From Acidimicrobiia bacterium (GTDB taxonomy: Bacteria > Actinomycetota > Acidimicrobiia > IMCC26256 > JAGNEX01), in contig JAGNEX010000004.1 in NCBI GenBank assembly GCA_018003035.1, positions 651-64,650 on the forward strand: a stretch of DNA of 64,000 bases, read 5' to 3'. The notes beneath the pieces were generated by a model that saw only the letters and a list, made by a program, of their open reading frames with translations, was not told where the DNA came from and did not search any database. The position numbers and the translations under genes were made by a program. Below are positions 55,751 through 64,000 of this stretch, piece by piece. Every line of letters begins with the position of its first letter. The first letter of the stretch is position 1.

Positions 55751-56695
55751 GTGCGAGCACTAGTAACAGGTGGGGCAGGTTTCATTGGATCTTCGATCGC
55801 GCGGGCCCTGCTTGCCGAAGACGTCGAGGTTGTCGTTCTCGACAACCTTTCGACCGGGCAACCGCAACGAATCCCTGAAGGAGCCGAGCTGATCGTCGGC
55901 GACCTCACCCGGCCAGACGCCGTCCGCGGGGCATGTAAGGGGGTCGACGTCATCTTCCATCAGGCGGCCATCAGGTCGGTACCGAAGTCGGTCGACAATC
56001 CACTACCCGTCGAAGAAACAAACATTCGCGGGACTCTCAACCTGCTCGAAGCGGCCACCAATGCCTCGGTGGAACGACTGGTGTACGCGTCGAGTTCGAG
56101 TGTGTATGGCGGGGGGCGTTCCGGCGAGCCGCAACACGAATCCGATCCGGTCGATCCCCGCTCGCCGTATGCCGTCTCGAAGCTGTCCGCAGAACAGTTC
56201 TGTCGAGTGTGGACCTTGCTCGAGCGAATCGAAACGGTTTCGCTGCGCTATTTCAACGTCTACGGACCTGGGCAACGGCCAGATTCCACCTACTCGGCCG
56301 TCTTTCCGGGCTTTATCGCTGCGCTCAAACGAGGCGAGCAGCCGGTGATTCATTCCGACGGCGAACAGACCCGTGATTTTTGTTACATCGATGATGTCAT
56401 CGCCGCCAACTTCGCGGCCGCTGACGCCCCGAGCTCAGCAACCGGGCGCTGCTACAACATTGGCGCGGATGACCCTCGATCGGTCAACGACGTCTATCGC
56501 TCGGTCGCGGCGGCGATGGGGACGGACATCAAACCTGTATATGGCCCGGTCCGAGCCGGCGATGTGCGAAGCACGTGGGCCGACATCTCTGACGCCAAGG
56601 AACAACTCGGGTGGCAGCCCAAGGCCCGATGGGACGACGCCGTCAAGGCCACCGTCGAGTGGTTTGAGAGCGACGGCGCCATGGACCCGACCTAA
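55751..56695 (+). CDS. NAD-dependent sugar-nucleotide epimerase/dehydratase (GalE-like SDR)
   Basis: 314 aa. VTGGAGFIGSSIA Rossmann motif and YAVSK catalytic YxxxK. GTG start. Confidence 0.9.
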   Translation: MRALVTGGAGFIGSSIARALLAEDVEVVVLDNLSTGQPQRIPEGAELIVGDLTRPDAVRGACKGVDVIFHQAAIRSVPKSVDNPLPVEETNIRGTLNLLEAATNASVERLVYASSSSVYGGGRSGEPQHESDPVDPRSPYAVSKLSAEQFCRVWTLLERIETVSLRYFNVYGPGQRPDSTYSAVFPGFIAALKRGEQPVIHSDGEQTRDFCYIDDVIAANFAAADAPSSATGRCYNIGADDPRSVNDVYRSVAAAMGTDIKPVYGPVRAGDVRSTWADISDAKEQLGWQPKARWDDAVKATVEWFESDGAMDPT

Positions 56696-56746
56696 CGGGT
56701 CGAAACGCCGCAGCCCCGCTCGGGTCGGCGGCTCCGATGTCCTGAG

Positions 56747-57925
56747 CTACCCCGCCGCTGGTCGCGCTCGGCGAAACCTGCGTCGGAAGAACGCAAAGAT
56801 CGCCCGCGCTTCTTCGGGGTGGAGATGGCCCATGTAGCAAATCGCCATCAGCCACGAGAAGAACCCGACCATCAAAAAGAGGCTGAAGAACAGGTGCATG
56901 CTGATGCCTAGCACCATCAGCGGCCGCCGCCAGCGGGGGAACCAGATGAGGATGGGGATCAACACCTCAAGGGTCAAGGTTGCGAACGTGGCGAAGTTGC
57001 CAAAGAGCAGCGAATCGCCGAGCACACCCGGCATCACAAATCGTTGGAGAGGCTCGTTGCGAACCGCCCAAAGTGCGGCAGTGCCGTCAAGCCAGGTGTC
57101 GCCAGCGAACTTTGCGACGACGCCGGACAGGTATATGACGCTGAGCTGAATACCGAACAGCCGCCTTAACCATGGCGTGGCCTTCCAGGCGCTGCGTGGG
57201 GTGTCCGAGGCGGTAGCGGTCTGCTGCGCTCCCAACGGCGAGGTGCTCCTACCGCGCCGAGTGTCCTCCATGGGCGCACCTCGGTCATCGGTTTGTTGTC
57301 CACCCCCCTTTCGCGCCCGGGTTCCCGGCGCGTTACCGCCGATCACCGCTTCGGGAGTCAGGACGGCGTACAGCGCAAACAGGAACGTCAACACGCGCAT
57401 GAGCGTGTCGCCCGAATTGAGTAACGCGACGTTGTCGAGTTCGAAGCCGAGCACCAGGAACCACATGACCGGTGCCGTCACCCGAACCCACCACCCGGCC
57501 ATCACCAGAACGGCCGCTCCGAGCATCATGGCGAACATGACGTACATCGCTGCATCGCTTGGGAACCAGCGCATGGGCGACAGCCGGTACGGCGCAAAAC
57601 CTGGATCGGGCGCAAGGCCGGTACGGGAAAAGAATGCGTTCAAATCGGGAGCAAGGCTCAACGCCCAGCACAGCACGGTGAAGCCGAGGCAAATGCGTAT
57701 CAATCGAACTGTTTCGGAGCCTTCGGGGGTGAACCACCAGCGGTCCCAGCGCCCAAATGCCCCGCTCCAGGGTCGGGAGACGCGTAGCGACTCAGAGGGG
57801 CGTTGACCGGCGCCAGAGACGGCACGCTCGGTCGTGGGCCCATCTGTCCCTTCGCCGGGACCAGGGTCCTCGGTGCCTGCGGCGGGCGCCGGTTGAACGT
57901 CACGACCGGCGTTCATGCTGGGCAT
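56747..57925 (-). CDS. HTTM-domain (vitamin-K-carboxylase-like transmembrane) protein
   Basis: Polytopic membrane protein with RWDRWWFTPEGSETVRLIRICLGFTVLCWALSL and further HTTM-like helices. The preferred start is ATG 57925, which shares one base with the upstream TGA (TGATG). The track ORF extends to 57946. Confidence 0.7.
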   Translation of the reverse strand: MPSMNAGRDVQPAPAAGTEDPGPGEGTDGPTTERAVSGAGQRPSESLRVSRPWSGAFGRWDRWWFTPEGSETVRLIRICLGFTVLCWALSLAPDLNAFFSRTGLAPDPGFAPYRLSPMRWFPSDAAMYVMFAMMLGAAVLVMAGWWVRVTAPVMWFLVLGFELDNVALLNSGDTLMRVLTFLFALYAVLTPEAVIGGNAPGTRARKGGGQQTDDRGAPMEDTRRGRSTSPLGAQQTATASDTPRSAWKATPWLRRLFGIQLSVIYLSGVVAKFAGDTWLDGTAALWAVRNEPLQRFVMPGVLGDSLLFGNFATFATLTLEVLIPILIWFPRWRRPLMVLGISMHLFFSLFLMVGFFSWLMAICYMGHLHPEEARAIFAFFRRRFRRARPAAG

Positions 57926-58776
57926 CAGCCTTGCTCCGGTCGCCACGAATAGAAGTCATAGCTCTGCCAGTCGGGCGCCGCGTGATCCCCAATCGGCGGC
58001 ATCTCGTACCAGCGCCGACGCAGGATGACCTGTTCCACCGTTCCTTGGTCCTCCATCGTCGATGCGATATACCGAGCGGTTGCCGGCCACGCATCCGCGT
58101 TTTCATCCAGGCGGATCCGCTCCTCCCATTTCTGCCAGTGGTACCCGTTGAAATGACCGATAAACGGGTCCACTCGCGGGGGTGTCCACGTGCGAGATGT
58201 GCCGTCGGCAAAAAGTACGTCGGCCTCGACCATGACGACTTCACGAGGCGGATTGGGCGAGAACACCACCCAACTTTGGTCTAAACCAAAGGCGTGGACA
58301 CCGGGTTCGACCGTATCGACGGCGAGACGCCTCGCCTCTGAGCCGGCCGGCATGGACCAGGACACCGTCGATATCGCCCACCATGCAAAGAAGACCGTAA
58401 GTAACGCCCGAACGGCCGGGCGGCTCACCAGACCGAGGTGACCCCGGGGCACGGTCACACCGTCGTCGCCAGTTGGTGGCAGCACGATGCGGCCCGTTAC
58501 GTCATCGACGCTGCTAGACCCATGCGGCGATCCGACGTGCTCGGAGCTAGGCGTCTGGGGCGCTCCTCGCTCGATATCGCCCGTACCGACCGGGCTCGTG
58601 TCTCCAGCGGTCCACGAGCCATCGACGCCAACTGATCGATCAGCCTGGGCAACGCCCTCGGAAGCAGCGCTTTGTTCTGACATGCGGGGATGCGGTCCGC
58701 GGTCAGCGGCTTCGCGCTCCGTTGAACCTGCGTTGTCGCTCACGCATGTCATCGTAGAGTGCGGAGCGACTTGCAC
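57925..58776 (-). CDS. Hypothetical single-pass membrane protein, partner of the HTTM protein (possibly DUF5819/SdpA-like)
   Basis: 283 aa. Disordered N-terminal 110 aa, TM helix ALLTVFFAWWAISTVSW, then an extracytoplasmic domain rich in Trp/Pro (FGLDQSWVVFSPNPP...YHWQKWEERI). The start could be GTG 58776, ATG 58752 or a later ATG; it is unresolved. Confidence 0.55.
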   Translation of the reverse strand: MQVAPHSTMTCVSDNAGSTEREAADRGPHPRMSEQSAASEGVAQADRSVGVDGSWTAGDTSPVGTGDIERGAPQTPSSEHVGSPHGSSSVDDVTGRIVLPPTGDDGVTVPRGHLGLVSRPAVRALLTVFFAWWAISTVSWSMPAGSEARRLAVDTVEPGVHAFGLDQSWVVFSPNPPREVVMVEADVLFADGTSRTWTPPRVDPFIGHFNGYHWQKWEERIRLDENADAWPATARYIASTMEDQGTVEQVILRRRWYEMPPIGDHAAPDWQSYDFYSWRPEQG

Positions 58777-58855
58777 CCAATGACTCGACGAAACCGATTA
58801 ACCCTACGAACTTACGTTCGGGCGGTCCACCACCGCAGGCCGCTCGTTAGCAACA

Positions 58856-61297
58856 ATGCAGGGTATGTCTGGTTCACATCTTGATTTCGCTCGCGAAGTT
58901 CTCGACACGCCGGTGTCCGACGAAATGCGAGACAGCTTCCTCGCCTATTCGTTGTCGGTCATCACTTCGCGGGCGCTCCCCGACGTCCGAGACGGCTTAA
59001 AGCCCGTCCAGCGGCGAATCTTGTACGGGCTCGCCGAGAACGGGATGCGGCCAAGTTCGCCGCATAAGAAGTCTGCCCGTGTCGTCGGGGACGTGATGGG
59101 CAAGTACCACCCGCACGGCGACTCCGCGATCTACGACGCGCTCGTCCGAATGGCGCAAGATTTTTCCATGCGGATTCCGCTGGTCGACGGCCACGGAAAC
59201 TTTGGGTCGCACGAAGATCCTCCCGCCGCCATGCGCTACACCGAGTGCCGGATGGCCCCGGCCGCTCTAGACATGGTCGGTGAGCTCGACGAAGACACCG
59301 TCGAGTGGCGCGACAACTTTGATGGTGAAGAACAAGAGCCTGCGTATCTCCCCGCGCGCTTGCCCAACCTGATCGTCAACGGATCCTCCGGGATCGCGGT
59401 GGGCATGGCAACCAACATGGCACCCCACAACCTGCGCGAGACCGTGTCTGCGCTCAAACTCATCCTCGACAACCCCGAGACCTCCGTACACGCGATCATG
59501 CGCAGGCTCAAGGGTCCGGACTTTCCGACTGGCGGGGCGTTCATCAAAACCCCCGACCTCATCGAGATTTACACGACCGGACGAGGAAGCATCCGCGTCC
59601 GCGCCAAAGCCACCACCGGGCAGGTCAGCGGTCGACGCCAAGGAATCACCGTTACCGAACTTCCCTACGGAGTCGGCCCCGAACGTGTCATCACAAGAAT
59701 CAACGCGCTCGTCGAAAGCGGCAAGTTGCCGGGAATCGCAGCGGTTACCGATCTGAGCGACCGCAAACACGGCCTGCAGATCGTGATCGAATGCAAAACC
59801 GGGGTAAATGCCAACGCGCTCCTCGGTGAGCTCTACCGACAGACGCCGCTTGAAGACAGCTTTGCGGTGAACAACGTTGTCCTCGTCGACGGGCGCCCCA
59901 CCACCATCGGTATTCGCGACTTGATGCGCCATTACATCGATCACCGTCTCGATGTGGTGACCAGGCGGACCGAGTTTCGCCTGCGCCGCGCGCGTGAGCG
60001 CGAGCACATTGTCGAAGGCCTCGTCATTGCAGTCGACAACATCGACGAGGTCGTCAGAATCATCCGGGGATCGAAAGACACCCCACAAGCGCGTGAACGA
60101 CTGATCGAACGCTTCTCGTTTTCTGAGATTCAGGCCAATCACGTGCTCGAAATGCCGCTTCGCCGCCTGACCGCGCTCGAGGTCGACAAACTGCGCGACG
60201 AACTCGCCGAACTGCGCCGACTGATTGCGGACCTGCTCGATATTCTCGAACGACCCGAACGACGCCGCGAGATCGTAGGAGACGAGCTCGACGAAGTCGC
60301 TCGCTTGCACGGCGACGCTCGGCGCACGGCCATCCTTGAGGGTGACGACGCGGTGATCGAGGCGACCAGTCTGGAGATTGCCGACGAGGCCTGCGTCGTC
60401 GAACTCTCTTCGACCAACTACCTTGGCCGCCGGACCGACGAGGCATGGACCAAGAGCCCAAGCCGGAACGACCTGGTCACCGCGAAAGCGGGTACGACTA
60501 CCAGAGGGCCCGTCTGGGCGTTGTCGTCGTCCGGCGTGGTCTATCCGATCGAAGCGGTCGAGATCCCCGAGATTCAAGGGCGTTCTCGAGGAGGAAAGGT
60601 CACAGAGATCTTCGATCTTGCCCGCGGCGAACGCATCGTAGGGGTGGTCGGCATTTTCGATCTGGGGTTACGCATCGACGAGAACAGCGAGCTCACCGAT
60701 ACCGGGGAACGGTTACTGACCGTTGTGACGCGGTCGGGCGTCATCAAGCGACTCACCGCCGGTGAGCTGGCCGATTCCAAAGTTGGGGCAGACTTCATCG
60801 CCCTGAAAGACGGGGACCGAGTGGTGGCAGCGTTCGCCGCGCCGGCCGATGCAGAGGTCGCGATCGTGTCCTCTGACGCCCAATTACTCCGAACAGCGAC
60901 CGATCAAGTCCGGCCGCAAGGTCGCAGTGCGGGCGGTATGGCCGGCATGAAGTTGAAGGACAAAGCGACCGTTATTGCCGCCGGGCGCATCGATCCGACC
61001 GACGTGGTGGTCACGGTTACCGACCGGGGCGGCATCAAGCTGACCGAAGCCGGCGAGTTTCCGGCCAAAGGGCGAGCAACCGGTGGGGTCCGGATCACGC
61101 GCTTCAAGAAGGATGAACAACAGCTGACCCATGCCAAGATCGGACCACGGGTCGGCCTCGCAGCTGCCACGGTTGGTTCTGACCTGCTCGATTCTGGTTC
61201 CGACGTCAGCGCTGTCAACGAGGGAGCGTCTAAACGCGACGCTCCGAGCACACGTACGGATCGGGCATTTGAGGCCCTGGGATGGCTCAGACAGTGA
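58856..61297 (+). CDS. Type IIA DNA topoisomerase subunit A (ParC/GyrA family; no canonical GyrA box seen)
   Basis: 813 aa. Motifs [34 protein letters not shown] and catalytic-Tyr AAMRYTE. The C-terminal beta-pinwheel blades lack a QRRGGKG box after the first strand. Confidence 0.92.
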   Translation: MQGMSGSHLDFAREVLDTPVSDEMRDSFLAYSLSVITSRALPDVRDGLKPVQRRILYGLAENGMRPSSPHKKSARVVGDVMGKYHPHGDSAIYDALVRMAQDFSMRIPLVDGHGNFGSHEDPPAAMRYTECRMAPAALDMVGELDEDTVEWRDNFDGEEQEPAYLPARLPNLIVNGSSGIAVGMATNMAPHNLRETVSALKLILDNPETSVHAIMRRLKGPDFPTGGAFIKTPDLIEIYTTGRGSIRVRAKATTGQVSGRRQGITVTELPYGVGPERVITRINALVESGKLPGIAAVTDLSDRKHGLQIVIECKTGVNANALLGELYRQTPLEDSFAVNNVVLVDGRPTTIGIRDLMRHYIDHRLDVVTRRTEFRLRRAREREHIVEGLVIAVDNIDEVVRIIRGSKDTPQARERLIERFSFSEIQANHVLEMPLRRLTALEVDKLRDELAELRRLIADLLDILERPERRREIVGDELDEVARLHGDARRTAILEGDDAVIEATSLEIADEACVVELSSTNYLGRRTDEAWTKSPSRNDLVTAKAGTTTRGPVWALSSSGVVYPIEAVEIPEIQGRSRGGKVTEIFDLARGERIVGVVGIFDLGLRIDENSELTDTGERLLTVVTRSGVIKRLTAGELADSKVGADFIALKDGDRVVAAFAAPADAEVAIVSSDAQLLRTATDQVRPQGRSAGGMAGMKLKDKATVIAAGRIDPTDVVVTVTDRGGIKLTEAGEFPAKGRATGGVRITRFKKDEQQLTHAKIGPRVGLAAATVGSDLLDSGSDVSAVNEGASKRDAPSTRTDRAFEALGWLRQ

Positions 61298-63498
61298 CTG
61301 CGGACCCTTCGACAATCGAGTCACACAAACCCGAAGAGCTAGGCGGGGCCATGGAGTTTGTACAAGGCGAGGAACGGGTGGAAGACCAAGCAATAACAAC
61401 CCCAGCGACACCAGAAACAACGACGCCAGAAAAGTCGACACCGGAAGCGGTAGCGCCAGAGACACCGGCGCCGGCCAGATCGGCTCAGCAGTACGACGCA
61501 TCCAGCCTCACGGTTCTCGAAGGGCTGGACGCGGTTCGGAAGCGACCTGGGATGTACATCGGTTCTACCGATAGCCGTGGCCTCGTGCATTTGGTGTGGG
61601 AGATTCTGGACAACGCGATCGACGAGGCCACGGCCGGGTTCTGCGACAAGATCGATGTCGAGGTCTTTGCCGACGGGTCGGTCGAGGTGCGCGACAACGG
61701 CCGCGGAATTCCCGTTGACATCCAATCAGAAACGGGCCTGTCCGGGCTCGAGTTGGTGCTTACCAAACTGCATGCCGGAGGAAAGTTTGGCGGTGGTGCC
61801 TATGGCGCTTCGGGCGGGCTGCACGGCGTTGGAGCATCGGTCGTGAACGCTCTGTCATCCAAACTCGTCGCCGAGGTCGATCGTGAAGGGGCCACGCACC
61901 GTTTAGCGTTTCAGCGTGGAGTTCCCGGTCGGTTCGCCAAGAACGGCCGGTTCCGCAAAACCAACGAACTTGAACGGCAAGGTCGGCTCGCCAAAACGGT
62001 GACCGGCACACGGATCCGCTTCTGGCCGGACGAAGAGATCTTTCCCGCGGGTACAGCGATCGATGTCAGTCAGGTGCGGGAACGGATCCGCCAGCGCTGC
62101 TTTTTGGTCCCCGGCTTGAGCGTGACCCTCACCCATGGAACCGGTGAGGATCGCTCGACTGAGACCTTTCATTCCAAAAAGGGCCTCATCGACTTTGTCG
62201 ACTACCTCACCACGGGCGAAGGCATCACCGACGTGCTGTCATTCGACGGCGAGGACACCTTCACCGAGACGGTACCGGTCGTTCGCGACGGGACGCTTCA
62301 TTCAGAGGAAGTCCAACGAACCTGCCGCGTCCGCGTCGCACTGCGGTGGACCGCCGACTGGGACAGCAGGGTGGTGTCGTTCGTCAACACCGTTCCAACG
62401 CCGAAGGGTGGGTCCCATGTCGCCGGCTTTGATCGGGCGCTCACACGGGTGTTGAACGAGGCGCTGCGCGAATCGCGCACCCTCAAAGACAAAGACGAGA
62501 ACGTCGTTCGCGACGACGTGCAGGAAGGGCTCGTTGCGGTCGTCCTGGTGAACCTGGAAGAACCGCAGTTTGAAGGCCAAACCAAGGAGATCCTCGGTAC
62601 CGCAGCAGCGCAGTCGATCACCTATTCCGTTGTGGCCGACGGTTTGCGCTCTTGGTTTGGCGGGGCCGGAAAGAAGGTCCACATCAAACGAGCCCTGGAC
62701 AAGGTCGCCGCGTCCGCGAAAGCACGTCAGGCCGCTCGACTTCGGCGCGACACCATGCGCAAGAAGAATGCGTTGGCTAGCGGTTCGTTACCGGCCAAAC
62801 TCGCCGATTGTCGCCGCCACGGTGAGGGGGCTGAGCTGCTGATCGTCGAAGGCGACTCGGCGGCAGGTCCGGCAAAGAAAGGCCGCGACTCTGAGTTTCA
62901 AGCGATCCTTCCAATCCGCGGCAAGATCGTCAATGCGGCCAAGGCGACCACAAAACAAGTGTTGGAGAACGCCGAATGCACGTCGATCTTCAGCGCGGTC
63001 GGTGCTGGTTCTGGCCGAGAGTTTGACCTCGACTCAATCCGTTACGGCCGCCTCATCATCCTGGTGGACGCGGATGTCGATGGAAGCCACATCCGCTGTC
63101 TGCTGCTGACTCTGCTGTATCGGTATATGCGCCCCCTGTTGGAAGACGGCAGGGTCTTTGCTGCGATGCCTCCCCTCCACGCGATCAAGGTTCGCGGCGG
63201 CACGGAGTACTACACCTACACCGAAGAAGAGCGACGCGAAAAAGAAGCCGAACTCGTCAAAGCCGGCAAGAAGATCACAGGAATCAGCCGTTTCAAAGGT
63301 CTTGGTGAGATGAACGTCGACGAGCTTGCCAACACAACGCTCGACCCGAAGTCGCGGACTCTGCGCCGGATCACGATCGACGACGCGGCCGATGCAGCCC
63401 ACATGATCGACATCTTGATGGGCAACGACGTCGCCCCTCGCAAGGCGTTTATCGTCGAGAATTCGCAACTTCTTGCCGCGGACGCGTTGGACATCTAG
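61282..63498 (+). CDS. Type IIA DNA topoisomerase subunit B (ParE/GyrB family) with Thr/Pro-rich N-terminal extension
   Basis: 738 aa. GHKL motifs [11 protein letters not shown] and [15 protein letters not shown]. Toprim motifs [15 protein letters not shown] and [10 protein letters not shown]. Overlaps the subunit A gene by 16 nt. Confidence 0.92.
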   Translation: MAQTVTADPSTIESHKPEELGGAMEFVQGEERVEDQAITTPATPETTTPEKSTPEAVAPETPAPARSAQQYDASSLTVLEGLDAVRKRPGMYIGSTDSRGLVHLVWEILDNAIDEATAGFCDKIDVEVFADGSVEVRDNGRGIPVDIQSETGLSGLELVLTKLHAGGKFGGGAYGASGGLHGVGASVVNALSSKLVAEVDREGATHRLAFQRGVPGRFAKNGRFRKTNELERQGRLAKTVTGTRIRFWPDEEIFPAGTAIDVSQVRERIRQRCFLVPGLSVTLTHGTGEDRSTETFHSKKGLIDFVDYLTTGEGITDVLSFDGEDTFTETVPVVRDGTLHSEEVQRTCRVRVALRWTADWDSRVVSFVNTVPTPKGGSHVAGFDRALTRVLNEALRESRTLKDKDENVVRDDVQEGLVAVVLVNLEEPQFEGQTKEILGTAAAQSITYSVVADGLRSWFGGAGKKVHIKRALDKVAASAKARQAARLRRDTMRKKNALASGSLPAKLADCRRHGEGAELLIVEGDSAAGPAKKGRDSEFQAILPIRGKIVNAAKATTKQVLENAECTSIFSAVGAGSGREFDLDSIRYGRLIILVDADVDGSHIRCLLLTLLYRYMRPLLEDGRVFAAMPPLHAIKVRGGTEYYTYTEEERREKEAELVKAGKKITGISRFKGLGEMNVDELANTTLDPKSRTLRRITIDDAADAAHMIDILMGNDVAPRKAFIVENSQLLAADALDI

Positions 63499-64000
63499 AT
63501 GCCGGACAAGATCACCGTCGAGGTCGACGGGCACCAGGTCACGATCAGCAACCTAGACAAGGTGCTGTATCCACTGAGTGGAACGACCAAGGCGCAGGTC
63601 ATCGAGTACTACTCTCGGATCGCCCCGACGATGCTGCCCTACTTGGCTGACCGACCGGTCACGATGCGCCGGTTTCCGAACGGGGTTGACGAAGACGGCT
63701 TCTTTCAAAAGCGATGCCCATCGCATCGGCCCGACTTTGTTCCGACCCTGGCGGTGCCAGGACACCGCCGAGAACCCGGCGGGATCCTTGAGTACTGCTG
63801 CATATCTCAGCCGGCCGGTTTGGTGTGGGCCGCCAACCTTGCGGCATTAGAACTGCACGTGAATCTGGCCCGGATGCCGAGCATTAGCAATCCGGATTGG
63901 CTGGTTTTTGACCTTGACCCCGGGCCGCCAGCGGGCATTTTGGAATGCGCCGGGGTGGCGTTGACGCTCAAGGGAATGCTCGACAACCTCGGTCTGCAGA
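63499..64000 (+). CDS. LigD-type primase-polymerase (NHEJ Pol domain), N-terminal part; runs off window end
   Basis: Absent from the ORF track because it is truncated. Manual translation from ATG 63499 gives MPDKITVEVDGHQVTISNLDKVLYPLSGTTKAQVIEYYSRIAPTMLPYLADRPVTMRRFPNGVDEDGFFQKRCP...LVFDLDPG. This is the conserved LigD-Pol/PolDom N-terminus. The ATG directly follows the TAG of the topoisomerase B gene. Confidence 0.85.
   Translation, partial: MPDKITVEVDGHQVTISNLDKVLYPLSGTTKAQVIEYYSRIAPTMLPYLADRPVTMRRFPNGVDEDGFFQKRCPSHRPDFVPTLAVPGHRREPGGILEYCCISQPAGLVWAANLAALELHVNLARMPSISNPDWLVFDLDPGPPAGILECAGVALTLKGMLDNLGLQ

Noticed and set aside
59267-60577. 436-aa minus-strand ORF antisense to the topoisomerase A gene
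   Set aside because: The sense strand has unmistakable GyrA/ParC motifs. The antisense translation has no motif and a skewed composition.

Overview
High-GC (about 63-65%) chromosomal window from an Actinomycetota-type genome. Gene order resembles the mycobacterial dcw-to-rnpB region; finer taxonomy cannot be assigned from sequence alone. Positions 1-14275 (minus strand) hold a complete division/cell-wall (dcw) cluster: mraZ-rsmH-ftsL-ftsI-murE-murF-mraY-murD-ftsW-murG-murC-murB. Upstream lie a GTGGG-repeat MraZ operator and a structured mraZ-rsmH leader. The rest is mostly conserved housekeeping and metabolism. It includes a MoxR/DUF58/transglutaminase triad, a DUF3040 protein, Nudix, Ppm1-like GT2, tesB, pdxH, glpK, an aminotransferase and a ROK glucokinase. 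It also includes a PimB-like GT4 operon, ppnK, trpD, RNase P RNA, a ClC channel, an amidase, an acyl-CoA dehydrogenase, an M18 aminopeptidase and a GalE-like epimerase. No tRNA, rRNA, CRISPR array, IS element or phage gene was recognised. The least explained parts are: (i) a 951-aa zinc-ribbon/disordered/membrane-anchored protein coupled to trpD, followed by a coiled-coil/polyacidic NYN-nuclease protein; (ii) a translationally coupled HTTM-domain gene pair; (iii) a ParC/ParE-like type IIA topoisomerase pair in A-then-B order, abutted by a stand-alone LigD primase-polymerase gene; (iv) non-coding elements around mraZ (a 25-bp tandem duplication and a long hairpin occluding the rsmH ribosome-binding site). 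All calls rest on motif and architecture recognition by eye; no database search was possible.
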